Assembly (NCBI GenBank): GCA_963833225.1
Contig: CAWHXD010000007.1
Coordinates: 1-64,000, forward strand
DNA: 64,000 nt
From: an uncultured Chloroflexia bacterium
GTDB taxonomy: Bacteria; Chloroflexota; Limnocylindria; Limnocylindrales; CSP1-4
Direction of reading: 5' to 3'
Numbering within the stretch: the stretch's first letter is position 1; each line of letters starts with the position of its first letter. The notes under the pieces are model-generated. The model was not told where the DNA came from and made no database searches. It saw only the letters and a list, made by a program, of their open reading frames with translations. Shown here piece by piece: positions 19,658 to 30,798 of this stretch. A program made the position numbers and the translations under genes.

Positions 19658-20811
19658 TGAAGGGTTCAACAATCAGGATCACGCCGCCCGGCGGTACTCG
19701 TGGATCAGCCCGCCGAGCACGTCTCTTCGTTCGACCAGGGTTGGGGTGGCACCCGTAACCTGCGGTGCTCGGTGACCTGCCGGCACGGCCAGGCCCAGTC
19801 CCCGGTGCGGTCTCTCGTCGACGTAGTGGTCGACGTACGCCCCGAGCACGTGCTCGAGATGGCGAGGACCGTAGACCAGGACCTGGTCGAGGCACTCCCG
19901 GCGCACGGTCCGCACGAACCGCTCCGCGAAGGCATTCGCCCGAGGTGCCCGGACCGGGGTCCGGATGACGCGGACGCCCTCGGCCCGAAGCACCGCATCG
20001 AAGGGCCCCGAGTACTTGGTGTCCCGGTCGCGCACGAGGAACCGCACACCCGACAGGCGCTCCTCGATGGCGAGGTTCCTGGCCTGCTGGGTCACCCAGG
20101 CCGAGTCAGGGTGTGCGGTCACGCCGGCCAGGTGCACCCGTCGCGTGGAGAGCTCGATGAAGAACAAGGCGTAGAGGGTCCTGAGACCGATCGTCTCGAC
20201 GGTGAAGAAGTCGGTCGCCCAGATCCCCGCTGCCTGTGACCGCAGGAACTCGGCCCACGTCGGGCCACCCCGGCGTGGAGCAGGGTTCATGCCGTTGCGC
20301 CGGAGGATCGTCCGGACCGTCGTCGCAGAGATCCTGATCCCGAGCTTGCGGAGCTCCCCGCGGATCCGCTGGTATCCCCAGCGCGGGTTCTCCCGGCCGA
20401 GTCGGACGACGAGGTCCCGGACATCGGGCCCGATCGGCGGGCGTCCGGGGTGCCCTGTCCGCCGATACGTCCACTTCCTCCGGGCGAGTTCCCGGTGCCA
20501 GCGCAGCAGGGTCTCCGGCCGCACGATGAACGACGACCAGCTGCCTCTCGGCAACCCGGTGCTCGCGGCCGCGAGCAGGACCCGGTCGAGACGGTTGAGC
20601 CTGGGACGCTTGACCTGCCGCTGGAGCACCTTCACCTGGTGGCGGAGCACGAGGAGCTCGATGTCCCTCGCAGCGTGTTGGCGACCTCCGGCTCCGAGGA
20701 GACGGCGGACCAGGAAGTAGAGGAGCGAGAACAGCATGGAGCTCCTTCGGCCGTGGGAAACCGCATGCTACAGGTGCAGTTGACACCAGAATCGGGAAAC
20801 TGAACCCTTCA
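19658..20811 (-). mobile_element. IS with integrase-core transposase, copy 2 (intact CDS 19679-20737)
   Basis: Same TIR as copy 1; 352-aa ORF. Confidence 0.9.
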
Positions 20812-21398
20812 AGGTCGAGGACGACCCCCGCCTTGCGTTCGAAGTCGGGGTCGCGCGGAAAGAGCCAGCTCCGGTACGTCCACGGCCGCAGGGCGTCCTC
20901 GCGCAGCCAGCGCCAGACGGTCGTCAGGCTGATCGTCGCCACGATCTCGCGGCGGACCGCCTCGCGGGTGATGTCGGCGACGGACAGGCGCGCGAGCGGC
21001 AGACCCGCATCGCGCGGGCGCTCACAGGCGAGGGCCTTGATCTCGACCACCACCCGAGGGGGAAAAGGTCCGCGGCCGGCCGGACCGCGGGCGATCGGCG
21101 AGACCCGCCGCGCGATCCTCGAAGAACCGCTTGCGCCAGCGGCTCACGGTCGTGCGCACCGTGCCCAGGCGCTCGGCGATCTCATCGTTGCGCAGCCCGT
21201 CGGCCGCGAGCACGACGATCTGGGCCCGGAAGACCTCGCGCCGGCTCGCCGTCTGGCGGCGCGCCCGGCGCTCCAGGTCGGCTCGCTCCTCGGGTGTCAG
21301 CTCGATCCGGTACGGGCTCCGTCTCGACATCGGCTCCTCATCTCGGAGGAATCGTAGCTGCCGCCATTACGTCGCGCAACTTAGGAGTCGGTGTACTA
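20812..21398 (-). mobile_element. IS630-family element, truncated by IS copy 2
   Basis: HTH ORF 21022-21330 (RTTVSRWRKRF..DRPRSGRPRTF); TTTTCCCCC slippery site; second frame RSWLFPRDPDF; end TAGTACACCGACTCCTAAG. Confidence 0.8.
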
Positions 21399-21444
21399 GC
21401 CATGCTCACCATCTCCGCTTGCGCTGCGCACCGTCCTGAGCAAG

Positions 21445-21466
21445 ACTACTCAACATGGTGAGTAGT
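21445..21466. promoter_or_regulatory. Palindromic operator over the ATPase start codon
   Basis: ACTACTCA-6nt-TGAGTAGT. Confidence 0.45.
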
Positions 21467-22674
21467 GAAGATCCAGGCTCGGAGTACCGGCGCCCCCAGG
21501 CAGCCGAGCTCGCTCGCCGGCTGATGGAGCCCAGGCGGTTCATCCAGGTGGTGGCCGGACCCCGCCAGACCGGCAAGTCCACGCTCGTCGTCCAGGCGGT
21601 CGAGGCGCTCCCGGTGCCGGTCCGCGTCGTGAGCGCCGACGAGCCCGCGCTCCGGGGCCCGGAGTGGATCGCGACCCAGTGGGAGGCGGCGCGGCTCGAG
21701 ACCGGCCCCGCCGGCGCCGTCCTCGTGATCGACGAGGTCCAGAAGGCCGCCGGCTGGTCGGAATCGGTCAAGCGCCTTTGGGACGAGGACACGCGCACGG
21801 GGCTGCCGCTCCGGGTGGTCCTGCTCGGATCGGCTCCCCTGCTCGTGGAGCAAGGGCTGACCGAGAGTGTCGCCGGACGGTTCGAGGTCATCCGGGTCCC
21901 GCACTGGTCCCTTGCAGAGATGCGGGCCGCCTTCGGGGTCACCCTCGACGAGTACATCTACTTCGGCGGCTACCCGGGTGCGGCCCCGCTCATCGGCGAC
22001 GAGCCCCGCTGGCGCCGCTACATCCTCGACGCGCTGGTCGAGACCACGATCAGCCGCGACGTGCTCCTGCTCACGCGGGTCGACAAGCCAGCGCTCCTGC
22101 GGCGGCTGTTCGAGCTTGGCTGCCGGTACAGCGGTCAGGAGCTGAGCTACACCAAGATGCTGGGCCAGCTCCACGACGCGGGGAACACGACGACGCTCGC
22201 CCACTACCTCGAGCTGCTCGCGGGAGCGGGGCTCATCGCGGGCCTGCCCAAGTTCTCGGGCAACGCCGTCCGCCGGCGGGCGTCAAGCCCCAAGCTCCAG
22301 GTCCTCAACACCGCGCTCGCGACGGCACAATCGGGTCGCTCGTTCGCCGACACGCGAGCTGACGGCGAGGCCTGGGGCCATCTCGTGGAGTCGGCGGTGG
22401 GCGCGCACCTCGCGAACGCGGCGGCCACAGGCGAGCCCGAGCTCTCGTGGTGGCGCGAGGGGGACCGCGAGGTGGACTTCGTGCTCTCGGGAGCCGGCGG
22501 CCTCGCCGCGATCGAGGTCAAGAGCGGGCGGGCCCCAGCCGCGCATCCCGGAACCGCCGCGTTCACGGCCGCGTTCGCGGGCTGGGCCCGATCCGGCCGC
22601 TCCTCGTCGGCGGCGACGGGATCGCGCTCGAGCGGTTCCTGCTCGAGCCGGCGGAGCGCTGGGTGGCGCGATAG
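21455..22674 (+). CDS. AAA_14 ATPase with DUF4143 (frameshift near 22580)
   Basis: GPRQTGKST, IDEVQ, LLGSA, GGYP, EVDFV..IEVKSG; natural C-terminus LLVGGDGIALERFL lies in the shifted frame. Confidence 0.85.
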
Positions 22675-22764
22675 GGAGCCGGACCCGATGGTCAGGGTCC
22701 CCGTCAGTGCGGGCCGGGGCGGTTCGGTTCGATGGCCGCCGTCATCGAAATCGTCGTCGCGACT

Positions 22765-22780
22765 CCTCTCGCCCCGACCA
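22765..22780 (+). repeat. att core 2
   Basis: Exact; left arm B; right arm is an LSR stub (AHGWDAAFGSGDQSISIGRSGRGE). Confidence 0.9.
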
Positions 22781-22869
22781 GATCGACCAATCGAGATTGA
22801 TTGGTCGCCAGAGCCGAAGGCCGCATCCCATCCGTGCGCCTCCTCCCGCGGCCGTCAGCCGAGTCTTGC

Positions 22870-23289
22870 TCAGGCAGACACAAGTCCATGGCGCGCGCGG
22901 CGAAGCAGTACCTCACGCAATCCGGTGGTGACGACCCACACCACGAGCAGCCAGGCGAGTGCCTGGTTGCCGAGGTCAAAGCGCATATCCACCAGCAGTA
23001 CTGCGCCAGTGAAGACTGCGGTGATGAGCAGGTAGGTGCCCACGGCCACGCGCTCCTTACCCTTCATGACCGTGGAGTTCTTGTGAAACTCCGCCCCGAG
23101 GTCGGAGGGGGCACCAAAGGATCCCAGCGCCGCTGCGAAGGCGTCCTCGACGGCGGTACCAGCGTCGATGCGGTCCTGCGCGCTGGAGCGCACGTGGTCC
23201 GCCAGCTCGTCGAGGTGGGGGAGCAGTTCGGGGTGAGTGGCGCGCAGTTGGTCGGTCCACTGGCTGATGAGTGCGTCAAGCGAGGGCAT
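22870..23289 (-). CDS. Permease-prefix-domain membrane protein
   Basis: LDELADHV..AFAAALGSFGAPSDLGAEF plus two TM helices; coupled to PadR. Confidence 0.7.
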   Translation of the reverse strand: MPSLDALISQWTDQLRATHPELLPHLDELADHVRSSAQDRIDAGTAVEDAFAAALGSFGAPSDLGAEFHKNSTVMKGKERVAVGTYLLITAVFTGAVLLVDMRFDLGNQALAWLLVVWVVTTGLREVLLRRARHGLVSA

Positions 23290-23629
23290 GAGTGCCTCCA
23301 GTTGTCGGGCCGCGCAAGGCGGCGAGAGTTGATGAGATCAGGTCGAAGTCGCGCGTCTGGGCGTCGAGGTGGTCGCCTCCGGCCGGGAGGAGGCGGTAGT
23401 ACTTTCTGAGCCGGCCGGCGTCAGACGTTGCCTGATAGCTCTCGATGAATCTCCGGGATTCGAGGCGATGCAACAGCGGGTAGAGCATCCCCTCGGTCCA
23501 TTCGAACTGTCCTTCCGACGCCGCCTTGATGTCCTGCAGAATGGCGTAGCCGTAGCTGTCCCCCCTGTGAAGAACGGCGAGCACGAGTGGCGTGGCAGAG
23601 GCGGCCACGAGATCCTTTGCAAGTTTCAC
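23276..23629 (-). CDS. PadR family regulator
   Basis: DSYGYAI..EGMLYPLLHRLE..RKYYRL; upstream palindrome TACCTAG-5nt-CTAGGTA. Confidence 0.9.
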   Translation of the reverse strand: MKLAKDLVAASATPLVLAVLHRGDSYGYAILQDIKAASEGQFEWTEGMLYPLLHRLESRRFIESYQATSDAGRLRKYYRLLPAGGDHLDAQTRDFDLISSTLAALRGPTTGGTHALA

Positions 23630-24024
23630 TTGGTCTCACATTTGTCGGTGTCGGATACCTAGAACTACTAGGTAGTATACCCAACAGTGCAAGGTATGCA
23701 AGACCCTGGCGAAGAGGGGCGCCCATGGCGGGCCGTGTCGAGGTGGTCGCCTCCATCTCCCGCCGGCGCAGGGACCCGCTCGCACGGGCTGCAACCGTGC
23801 CCAACGAGCTCGGTGGAGGTCGTCATCCCTTCGGGTGATTTGGTTCAACCTGGCGTCGGATCCGCAACCGGGGCTTCGAAGGTGCCGGGTAGACAGTTTT
23901 GGTCGGCGGGCCCACCCTTTCACTCGACAAGCGTCAACCGGCTCTGGAGCCACCGACTGGGCCCTATTGAGCTTGAGCCTCAGTCGCAGTGCAACCGGGA
24001 CGTCAGGTCGATCGTGGAGGTCGG

Positions 24025-24039
24025 TCTCTCGCCCGACCA
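24025..24039 (+). repeat. att core 3 (degenerate)
   Basis: TCTCTCGCCC-GACCA preceded by an arm-A-like CCGGGACGTCAGGTCGATCGTGGAGG. Confidence 0.7.
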
Positions 24040-24075
24040 AACCCACGTCATCGTCGAGCACCGGATGATGCGCAA

Positions 24076-25056
24076 CTACGTCGCCGTGACGAAGCGCACG
24101 ATCGCGTCGACGAGACCATCGGCAAGCGCGTGGTCGTCGTCCGCGTAGCCAGCGACGATCTCACCCTGGCTGATCGCCGACGGCGCCCGCATCTCCGACT
24201 TGTAGACGTGGTTGGCGTTGGCGATCGTCACCCGCGTCTTGTTCTTCACGTCGCTCCCCAGGGCCGCGAAGACGTTGTCCGCATCGGACCCGGGCACCTG
24301 GGCGTCGTTGGCAGCCGAGACCACGAGGGCGCGACCGCGATAGGCGTGCAGCGCCGCGAGCGGCTCCGCGAGGATCAGCTCGCGCGCGACCTCTTGCTGC
24401 CCCGGGGCGTGGGTCGCCTGCCACAGGCCCGCGGCCTCGGGGAGCGCGGACAGATCGGGCGCCGGTGCGTCCGGCTTCAGCATGGCCGCGCGAAAGTCCT
24501 CGAGCGCGTCGTCCACGACGGCCGCGTCGGCCCCCGCCTTGATGCGCATCGCACGGATCTGCTCGATCGCCGTGTCCAGGAGCGAGCGCGAGGGCCCGGA
24601 CAGGCTGATGAAGCCGCCGAAGCGCGGGTCCGCCTGCTTCGCGATGGCCGCCGACGAGGCGTGGATCGATCCCTCGCTGTGGCCGAGGAGAAAGATCTGG
24701 CCGCACCGGTCCCGCTTCGCGAGCTCGTCGAACGCGGCGACGGCCTCGTCGACGTAGTGGGCCAGCGACAGCACGTCGAGCATCTTCAGGTCCGCCGGCG
24801 CAGGGCTCTTCGGCATGTTGACGCCGGAGCCGACCTTGTCGAAGCGGATCGATCCGACACCGCGCGCCTGTAGCTCGAGCGCGAGCTGCGCTCCGCTGCC
24901 GTTCGTGCCAGGCAGGAGCGGCGACGTCCAGTTACGGTCGGTCGGCCCGCTCCCTGCGAAGAACACGACGCACGGCGCGGCGCCGTCGCTCGCCGGCAAA
25001 GAAACGGTCGAGGGCAACGTGTAGCCGGGCCGGCTGAGAACCACGTCCTCGTTCAT
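24076..25056 (-). CDS. Alpha/beta hydrolase
   Basis: GSGPTDRN, RFDK, GHSEG, D-QV, ANH. Confidence 0.85.
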   Translation of the reverse strand: MNEDVVLSRPGYTLPSTVSLPASDGAAPCVVFFAGSGPTDRNWTSPLLPGTNGSGAQLALELQARGVGSIRFDKVGSGVNMPKSPAPADLKMLDVLSLAHYVDEAVAAFDELAKRDRCGQIFLLGHSEGSIHASSAAIAKQADPRFGGFISLSGPSRSLLDTAIEQIRAMRIKAGADAAVVDDALEDFRAAMLKPDAPAPDLSALPEAAGLWQATHAPGQQEVARELILAEPLAALHAYRGRALVVSAANDAQVPGSDADNVFAALGSDVKNKTRVTIANANHVYKSEMRAPSAISQGEIVAGYADDDHALADGLVDAIVRFVTAT

Positions 25057-25327
25057 CACGACGCCTTCATGCTTGATCCCGCGAGCGAGCGGGGCCGAGA
25101 AGCGACACAGGCAACATGATCAAGACGATACAGCACGCGACGCGGGAGACGAGACGCCAGGGCAGGGCTGACGAGTCCACGGCGACTCGCTCGCAAGCGA
25201 GCAGACAAGCACCTTCCGGGGTGGCGTGCGACCTCGCCATCGCGGGGACGCGATCGAGAGCCTGGGAGCCGACCGTCCCGGAGAAGTCGGCTCCATCGGG
25301 GCAACGCCTCCCCCGATCAGGTCCCGG

Positions 25328-26314
25328 TCACGCGATGGCGCCGCCGATCGACCGCGCCCCACCCGTCAACGCGATCTCCAGCGACAGTCGGACCGGGACA
25401 TTAGGGTCGGTCGTGGAGGTTTGTCTCCTCTCGCCCCGACCAGATCGACCTTCCTTCACGCGGACGACGCCGGCCCCGAAGGCCGCGTCCCATCCCCGGG
25501 CTTTCGGTTGGGCGGTCAGCGTGAATGTGTAGTCGGTCACTCCCGGGACGTCGATCCGCTCGAACGCGGCCTCGGCGATCGCGTGGCGGCCGGCGTCCGA
25601 GGTCTTCGCCAACAGCGCCGGCAGCGACTCCAGGTAGGCGCGTACCTCGGCGGCCGTTGGGATGCGTGACGGTCGGACCACCGCCGCTGCGGCCTCGGCG
25701 TCGAGCCGCACCATCGTCGCCTCGAACCGACCCAGGTCGCGATCCTTCGCGAACCGCAGCGCCGCCTGGTCGCGCTCCCGGTTGATCCGTGCGGTGGCGA
25801 GGTCGTCGCCACCGTCCGGTTCCGGTCGCCTGGCCAGGGCAACGGTGTCGACCTTGAGCCTGCTCGACACCGCGACGTGCTCGAACGCCTTCCCGATCGC
25901 GTCCTCGTACACCTCGGCGATGTACGACTCGCCCCGCACCCGCGGGTCGAGCGTCTCGCCGTCGCGCTGGAGGCGGCGCGGGGCAGCGGCCGTGAACGGC
26001 TCGCAGGCGTCGGTATGGCGGTACCGCCCGACATGCCCGGTGAGCCGGCGGCCGCAGGCCGCGCAGGCCAGGAGCCCGGCGAGCCCGTACTGCCGTCGGT
26101 TCACCCCGCCGCGGTGTCGGCGACTGTACCGGGCGCGCATCACCTGGACGTGCTCCCAGGTCCCGACATCCACGAGCGCGCCCAGGGCGGACGGCTCGCC
26201 GGTCCGGAGGCGCCCCACGTAGAACGGGTTGGTCAGCACCTCCGCGACATACGTCGGTGCGAGCCCCGTCCCAACTGCGACCTCGCGGTCGGTCCGCCCG
26301 CCTGCCGCGAGCTC
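25328..26314 (-). pseudogene. LSR, 3' half only
   Basis: VLTNPFYVG, LACAACGRRL; reads through the core as GRSGRGER. Confidence 0.85.
25427..25442 (+). repeat. att core 4
   Basis: Exact; left arm A. Confidence 0.9.
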
Positions 26315-26370
26315 TCCGTTAGCGAGTCGACCACTTCGACAGGCCGGCCCCGGAGTACTGTGCTCTCACC

Positions 26371-28671
26371 ATGGCCAGGCCCATACGCCGCCCGGGCAAC
26401 CTGCCGGCTGAGGCGACGAGCTTCATCGGCCGCCGCCGTGAGCTTGCTGAACTCAGGAAGAAGCTCGCCACAGCGCGCCTGGTCAGCCTCGTCGGCCCGG
26501 GCGGTGTCGGCAAGACCCGACTCGCGATCCGGATCGGGACCGGTCTCACACGCAGCTTCCGGGACGGCGCATGGCTGGTGGAGCTCGCCGAGGTTCGGGA
26601 TCCCGCGCTGATCTGCAACGCCATGCTGGCGGCCCTGGACCTGCGCGACCAGACGGCGACCGAGCCGCGGGCCCTCCTGCTCTCGTACCTGCGCGACAGG
26701 GAGCTTCTGCTCGTGGTGGACAACTGCGAGCACCTGCTGGGGGCGGCCGCGGTGCTCGTAGCCGATGTCCTCACGGCTGCGCCCGGCGTGCGGGTGATCG
26801 CCACCAGCCGCGAGCCGCTGTCGATCCCGGGTGAGCACGTGCTGCCGATCCCACCACTCGAGCTGCCTCGAGCCCAGGCCGACGAGTCCCTCGATCAGCT
26901 CCGCCAGAACGAGTCGGTCGAGCTCTTTGTCGAGCGGGCTGCAGCCGCATCGGGCAGCTTCGAGCTGACCGCATCCAACCGGGCGGCGGTCGTGGAGCTG
27001 TGCCGCCGGCTCGACGGGCTGCCGCTCGCAATCGAGCTCGCGGCGGTCAGGACGCGGGTCCTCTCCGTGGAGCAGATCCTCGATCGCCTGGCCGACCGGT
27101 TCGGCCTGCTCACGGGAGGAAGTCGCGCAGCCCTGCCGCGTCACCAGACGCTGCGAACCACGATCGAGTGGAGCCACGACCTGTTGGGGTCGGGCGAGCG
27201 GACGCTCCTGCGGCGGCTGTGCGTGTTTGCGGGCAGGTTCACGCTGGAGGACGTCGAGTCGGTGTGTACGTCCGACGACGTGCCGGCAGCCCGCGCCCTG
27301 GACCTGCTGTCATCACTGCTCGACAAGTCGCTGGTGATGAAGCAAGACGTACCGGGTCCCGCATGCTATCGACTGCACGAGACGATGCGCGAGTTCGCCG
27401 CCCTCAGGCTGAGGGAGGCGGACGAGGAGAAGGTCGTCGAGCTGCGGTGCGCCGAGTACTACGCCTCGAGGTGCCGGCCACCTGCAGTCGGAGCTCGGTA
27501 CGGGCTGGTCGAGTGGCTCGAATGGACCGACGTGGAGATCGACAACATCCGGTCGGTCCTTCGGAGATGCCTCGTTCACGGCGGTATCTCGCGCGGAATG
27601 GACCTCGCCGCATCCCTCCAGCTGTATTGGGCCACGCGGGCGACGACTGAAGGCGTGCGGTGGCTGGACGAGCTCCTCGCGACCGGCGGCGGTGATCCAG
27701 AGCCCCGGGCTCGGGCCTGGTACCTGCGTGGGTTCATGGCCGTGTTGCTGGTCGATCCGACCGCTGCCACACCGGCGCTCGAGCGAGCGGCGGCGGCCGA
27801 TCGAGAGGCCGGTCGTCTCCCACCGCTGGCGTCAGCGCTGTCCCTGGCCTCGATCGCTGCCAATATGGCCGGGGATCGAACTTCCGCCAGGCGATTGCTC
27901 GGTGAGGCCAAGGCCGTGACAGCGGGCGTTGATGACGTCACGGCTGCGCTCACGTTGCTGCTGGCTCGATCGTTCCATGGCTTCTTCGAGGGCGACCTCG
28001 AGGCCGCGAGCTCCGCGTCCTCGGAGGGCGTGCGTCTCAGTCGAGAGGTGGGAGACCTCTACACGCTCAAGGTCTGGCTGCTGAACCTGGGCACGGTCGC
28101 CTTGATCGCCGGTGACTTGGCCAAAGCGAAGCCCCTGCTGACCGAGGCTATGCGAATCGCCCACCAGATCGACGACCGGGTGCAGCTGGCGTACCTGCTC
28201 GACGCATTGGGCTGCCATGCTGCCGGATCCGGGCAGGCACGGCTCGCCGCGCAGCTGTTCGGAGCCGCGGATACCGTCCGCAGGGGGGCCGGCGCCAGCA
28301 TCATGCCATTCCTCGGTCCACCGATGGCACGCGCCGAAGCGTCGGCGATCGCCGCGCTTGGCGCATCCAGGTTCGAGGCCGAATGCAAGGCCGGAGGCCG
28401 CTTGAGCCGGGACGCCGCGGTGCGGCTCGCACTCGGTGAACCCGGCCATGTTGCCGCTGCGGCATCGACCAGTGCGGGCGCGGGGTTGCTCGCGAAGCGA
28501 GAGGCGGAGGTCGCACGGCTGGTCGCTGACGGCCTGAGCAACAAGGAGATCGGAGCACGCCTGTTCATCTCCGAGCACACCGTCGACAGCCACGTCCGCA
28601 GCATCCTGAACAAGCTCGGATGCAACTCACGTGCCCAGATCGCCGCCTGGATGGCGTCGCCGAGCGAGTAG
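26371..28671 (+). CDS. NB-ARC-type ATPase/TPR/LuxR transcriptional regulator
   Basis: GPGGVGKT, LLVVDNCEH, LDGLPLAIELAA; C-terminal GLSNKEIGARLFISEHTV. Confidence 0.9.
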   Translation: MARPIRRPGNLPAEATSFIGRRRELAELRKKLATARLVSLVGPGGVGKTRLAIRIGTGLTRSFRDGAWLVELAEVRDPALICNAMLAALDLRDQTATEPRALLLSYLRDRELLLVVDNCEHLLGAAAVLVADVLTAAPGVRVIATSREPLSIPGEHVLPIPPLELPRAQADESLDQLRQNESVELFVERAAAASGSFELTASNRAAVVELCRRLDGLPLAIELAAVRTRVLSVEQILDRLADRFGLLTGGSRAALPRHQTLRTTIEWSHDLLGSGERTLLRRLCVFAGRFTLEDVESVCTSDDVPAARALDLLSSLLDKSLVMKQDVPGPACYRLHETMREFAALRLREADEEKVVELRCAEYYASRCRPPAVGARYGLVEWLEWTDVEIDNIRSVLRRCLVHGGISRGMDLAASLQLYWATRATTEGVRWLDELLATGGGDPEPRARAWYLRGFMAVLLVDPTAATPALERAAAADREAGRLPPLASALSLASIAANMAGDRTSARRLLGEAKAVTAGVDDVTAALTLLLARSFHGFFEGDLEAASSASSEGVRLSREVGDLYTLKVWLLNLGTVALIAGDLAKAKPLLTEAMRIAHQIDDRVQLAYLLDALGCHAAGSGQARLAAQLFGAADTVRRGAGASIMPFLGPPMARAEASAIAALGASRFEAECKAGGRLSRDAAVRLALGEPGHVAAAASTSAGAGLLAKREAEVARLVADGLSNKEIGARLFISEHTVDSHVRSILNKLGCNSRAQIAAWMASPSE

Positions 28672-28833
28672 GGACGCCGAAGGCGAAGTCCACGAAACGG
28701 GCCGTGGGCGGGTGGGCCCGAGCATCGTGAACAGGAAGTTACCGCCGGCAAGGACTCCGCTGCCGGTCGACTAGTCACCCGATCACGAATCCCATCGATG
28801 GCGGCTCCCGTGTGCCCCCCTAGGCTGGCGAGC

Positions 28834-29085
28834 ATGACTAGGGAGCTACCGACCCAACGAGTGCAAGTCAGCTTCGTCGGCACACCTCCGGCCCAGCAGA
28901 TAGAGCGGGCGTCCGGGGTCAGCCAGGTGGAGGTTGACGGTCCCATCCTGCGCTGCCTGGTGTGCGGCAGCTTCCAGCCCTTTCTCGAGGCGCTGCGCGG
29001 TCACGAGGTCGTGAGCCTCAGTGCCTCCCCCATCGAAGTCCGTGCCCCACGTCAACGTCAACCACACCAGGGAGATCGAGCATGA
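28834..29085 (+). CDS. Small hypothetical protein
   Basis: Resembles the C-terminal domain of ABC ATPases; ATGA overlap with the next gene. Confidence 0.45.
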   Translation: MTRELPTQRVQVSFVGTPPAQQIERASGVSQVEVDGPILRCLVCGSFQPFLEALRGHEVVSLSASPIEVRAPRQRQPHQGDRA

Positions 29086-29834
29086 ATACGGCAGGCGATC
29101 ACAGGTCGCTGGACAAGGTCGCCCGGATCACGGGCGGCATCTACCTCGCCTACATCGTGGCTTCGGTGCTCGCCACCATGCTGGGTCAGATCGGGCTGGG
29201 CGCAGCGCCACAGGTCTACCAGGCGATCACCACGAACGAGGGATCGTTTCGCCTGGGTCTCGTCGTCGCGCTGACAACCGGGTTCCTGTTCCTCACGGTC
29301 GCCTGGGGGCTCTACGTCCTCCTGCGACGGGTCAACCAGAACCTGGCGCTGCTCTTCCTGCTGCTCAACGCCGTCGGCGTCGCCATCCAGGGCGCGAGCA
29401 TGTTGTCGCTGGTCTCCGCGCTGCTGCAGGGAGACGAGGCCAGCCACATGCAGGCGTATTCGGCGGCACAGCTGGAGGGGCTCGCGTACCTGTCCATCAA
29501 CGTCTACAAGGCGGGCTGGGTCACGGCGCAGCTGTTCTTCGGCACGTGGCTGTTCCCGCTCGGCTATCTCGTCTACAAGTCCGGGTACCTTCCCCGGTTC
29601 CTGGGCGTCCTCCTGGTGCTCGACGGAGTCGCCGTCCTGGTCTGGTTCCTCCAGATCCTGCTCCTGCCGGACTACAACGCGATCCACTACCCCGGCCTCG
29701 CGTTGAGCTTCGTCGCCGAGCTCGGGCTCGGGTTGTGGCTCCTCGTCATGGGCGTGAAGGCCGTCGACTCCGGAGCGGGCCTGCCGGGCAAGGAGGGGCT
29801 CGCGGATCCGCTGGCCGAGGGCGCTCGCGCATGA
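29082..29834 (+). CDS. DUF4386 membrane protein
   Basis: ARITGGIYL, FFGTWLFPLGYLVYKSGYLPRFLG. Confidence 0.85.
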   Translation: MNTAGDHRSLDKVARITGGIYLAYIVASVLATMLGQIGLGAAPQVYQAITTNEGSFRLGLVVALTTGFLFLTVAWGLYVLLRRVNQNLALLFLLLNAVGVAIQGASMLSLVSALLQGDEASHMQAYSAAQLEGLAYLSINVYKAGWVTAQLFFGTWLFPLGYLVYKSGYLPRFLGVLLVLDGVAVLVWFLQILLLPDYNAIHYPGLALSFVAELGLGLWLLVMGVKAVDSGAGLPGKEGLADPLAEGARA

Positions 29835-30751
29835 AGGCGGTCGTCTGCACGCGGTACGGTCCGCCGGAGGTCCTCCGGGTGGAGGAGCGCGCTACCCCGG
29901 TTCCCCGGCAGAACGAGGTGCGCATCCGCATCCGGGCGACCGCCGTGACGTCGAGCGACTGCTACGTCCGGGGGCTCAACCTGAGTCTCGCGTACCGGCT
30001 GATGGCCCGACTCGCACTCGGGTGGAAGGCGCCCAGGCAACCGGTGCTCGGGATGGTGCTCTCGGGGGAGGTGGACTCGGTCGGGCCGGACGCCCGGTCA
30101 TTCGACGTCGGCCAGCCGGTAGTCGGATTCGATCGACACCGCTTTGGGACGTATGCGCAGTACGTGTGCTGGCCCGAAGACGGACTTCTTGCGACGCGAC
30201 CGGCGAACCTCACGGATGTAGAGGCCGCGGCCATCCCATACGGCGGGTTGCTCGCGCTCCACTTCCTGCGCGAGGCCGGCATTCGAGCGGGACAAAAGGT
30301 CCTCGTCTACGGCGCCTCTGGGGCAGTGGGCACGTCCGCCGTGCAGCTTGCGCGACACCTCGGCGCCCAGGTCACCGGTGTCTGCAGTACCGCGAATGTG
30401 GACCTTGTGGCATCCCTCGGCGCGTCCTCGGTGATCGACTACACCGTCGAGGACTTCGCCCACAGGGCCGAGCGCTACGACCTGATCCTCGACGCCGTGG
30501 GCAAGAGGAAGAGCGCGGCGGCGCTCCGGCGGTGCCGGCAAGTGCTGGTTCCGGGCGGCGCCTGCGTCTCGGTCGACGACGGGAGGCCGAAGGTTCGCCG
30601 CGAGGACCTTGTGCTGCTCAGCGAGCTGGCCACGAAGGGTGAGATCAGGCCCGTGATCGACCGCACCTATGCCCTGGACGACCTTCTCGAGGCGCACCGG
30701 TACGTCGACAACGGACACAAGCGGGGCAACGTGGTCGTCGCCGTGACGTAG
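29831..30751 (+). CDS. NAD(P)-dependent MDR family oxidoreductase
   Basis: MKAVVCTRYGPPEVL, GASGAVGT, AHRYVDNGHKRGNVV. Confidence 0.9.
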   Translation: MKAVVCTRYGPPEVLRVEERATPVPRQNEVRIRIRATAVTSSDCYVRGLNLSLAYRLMARLALGWKAPRQPVLGMVLSGEVDSVGPDARSFDVGQPVVGFDRHRFGTYAQYVCWPEDGLLATRPANLTDVEAAAIPYGGLLALHFLREAGIRAGQKVLVYGASGAVGTSAVQLARHLGAQVTGVCSTANVDLVASLGASSVIDYTVEDFAHRAERYDLILDAVGKRKSAAALRRCRQVLVPGGACVSVDDGRPKVRREDLVLLSELATKGEIRPVIDRTYALDDLLEAHRYVDNGHKRGNVVVAVT

Positions 30752-30798
30752 GGCCGCGAACGGCCCTCCCGTCGAACCCGCCGGTTACCTGCCCGCGT

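Noticed and set aside
19104-19895. 263-aa IstB fusion ORF
   Set aside because: A chimera of an IS end and truncated istB
22675-23035. C-terminal extension of the 526-aa ATPase ORF
   Set aside because: Results from a frameshift; the natural end is in another frame at 22674
25390-25442. Intact tRNA-Pro at any core
   Set aside because: No 5' CGGGGCG strand, D arm or anticodon arm upstream, and the TTC loop motif is absent
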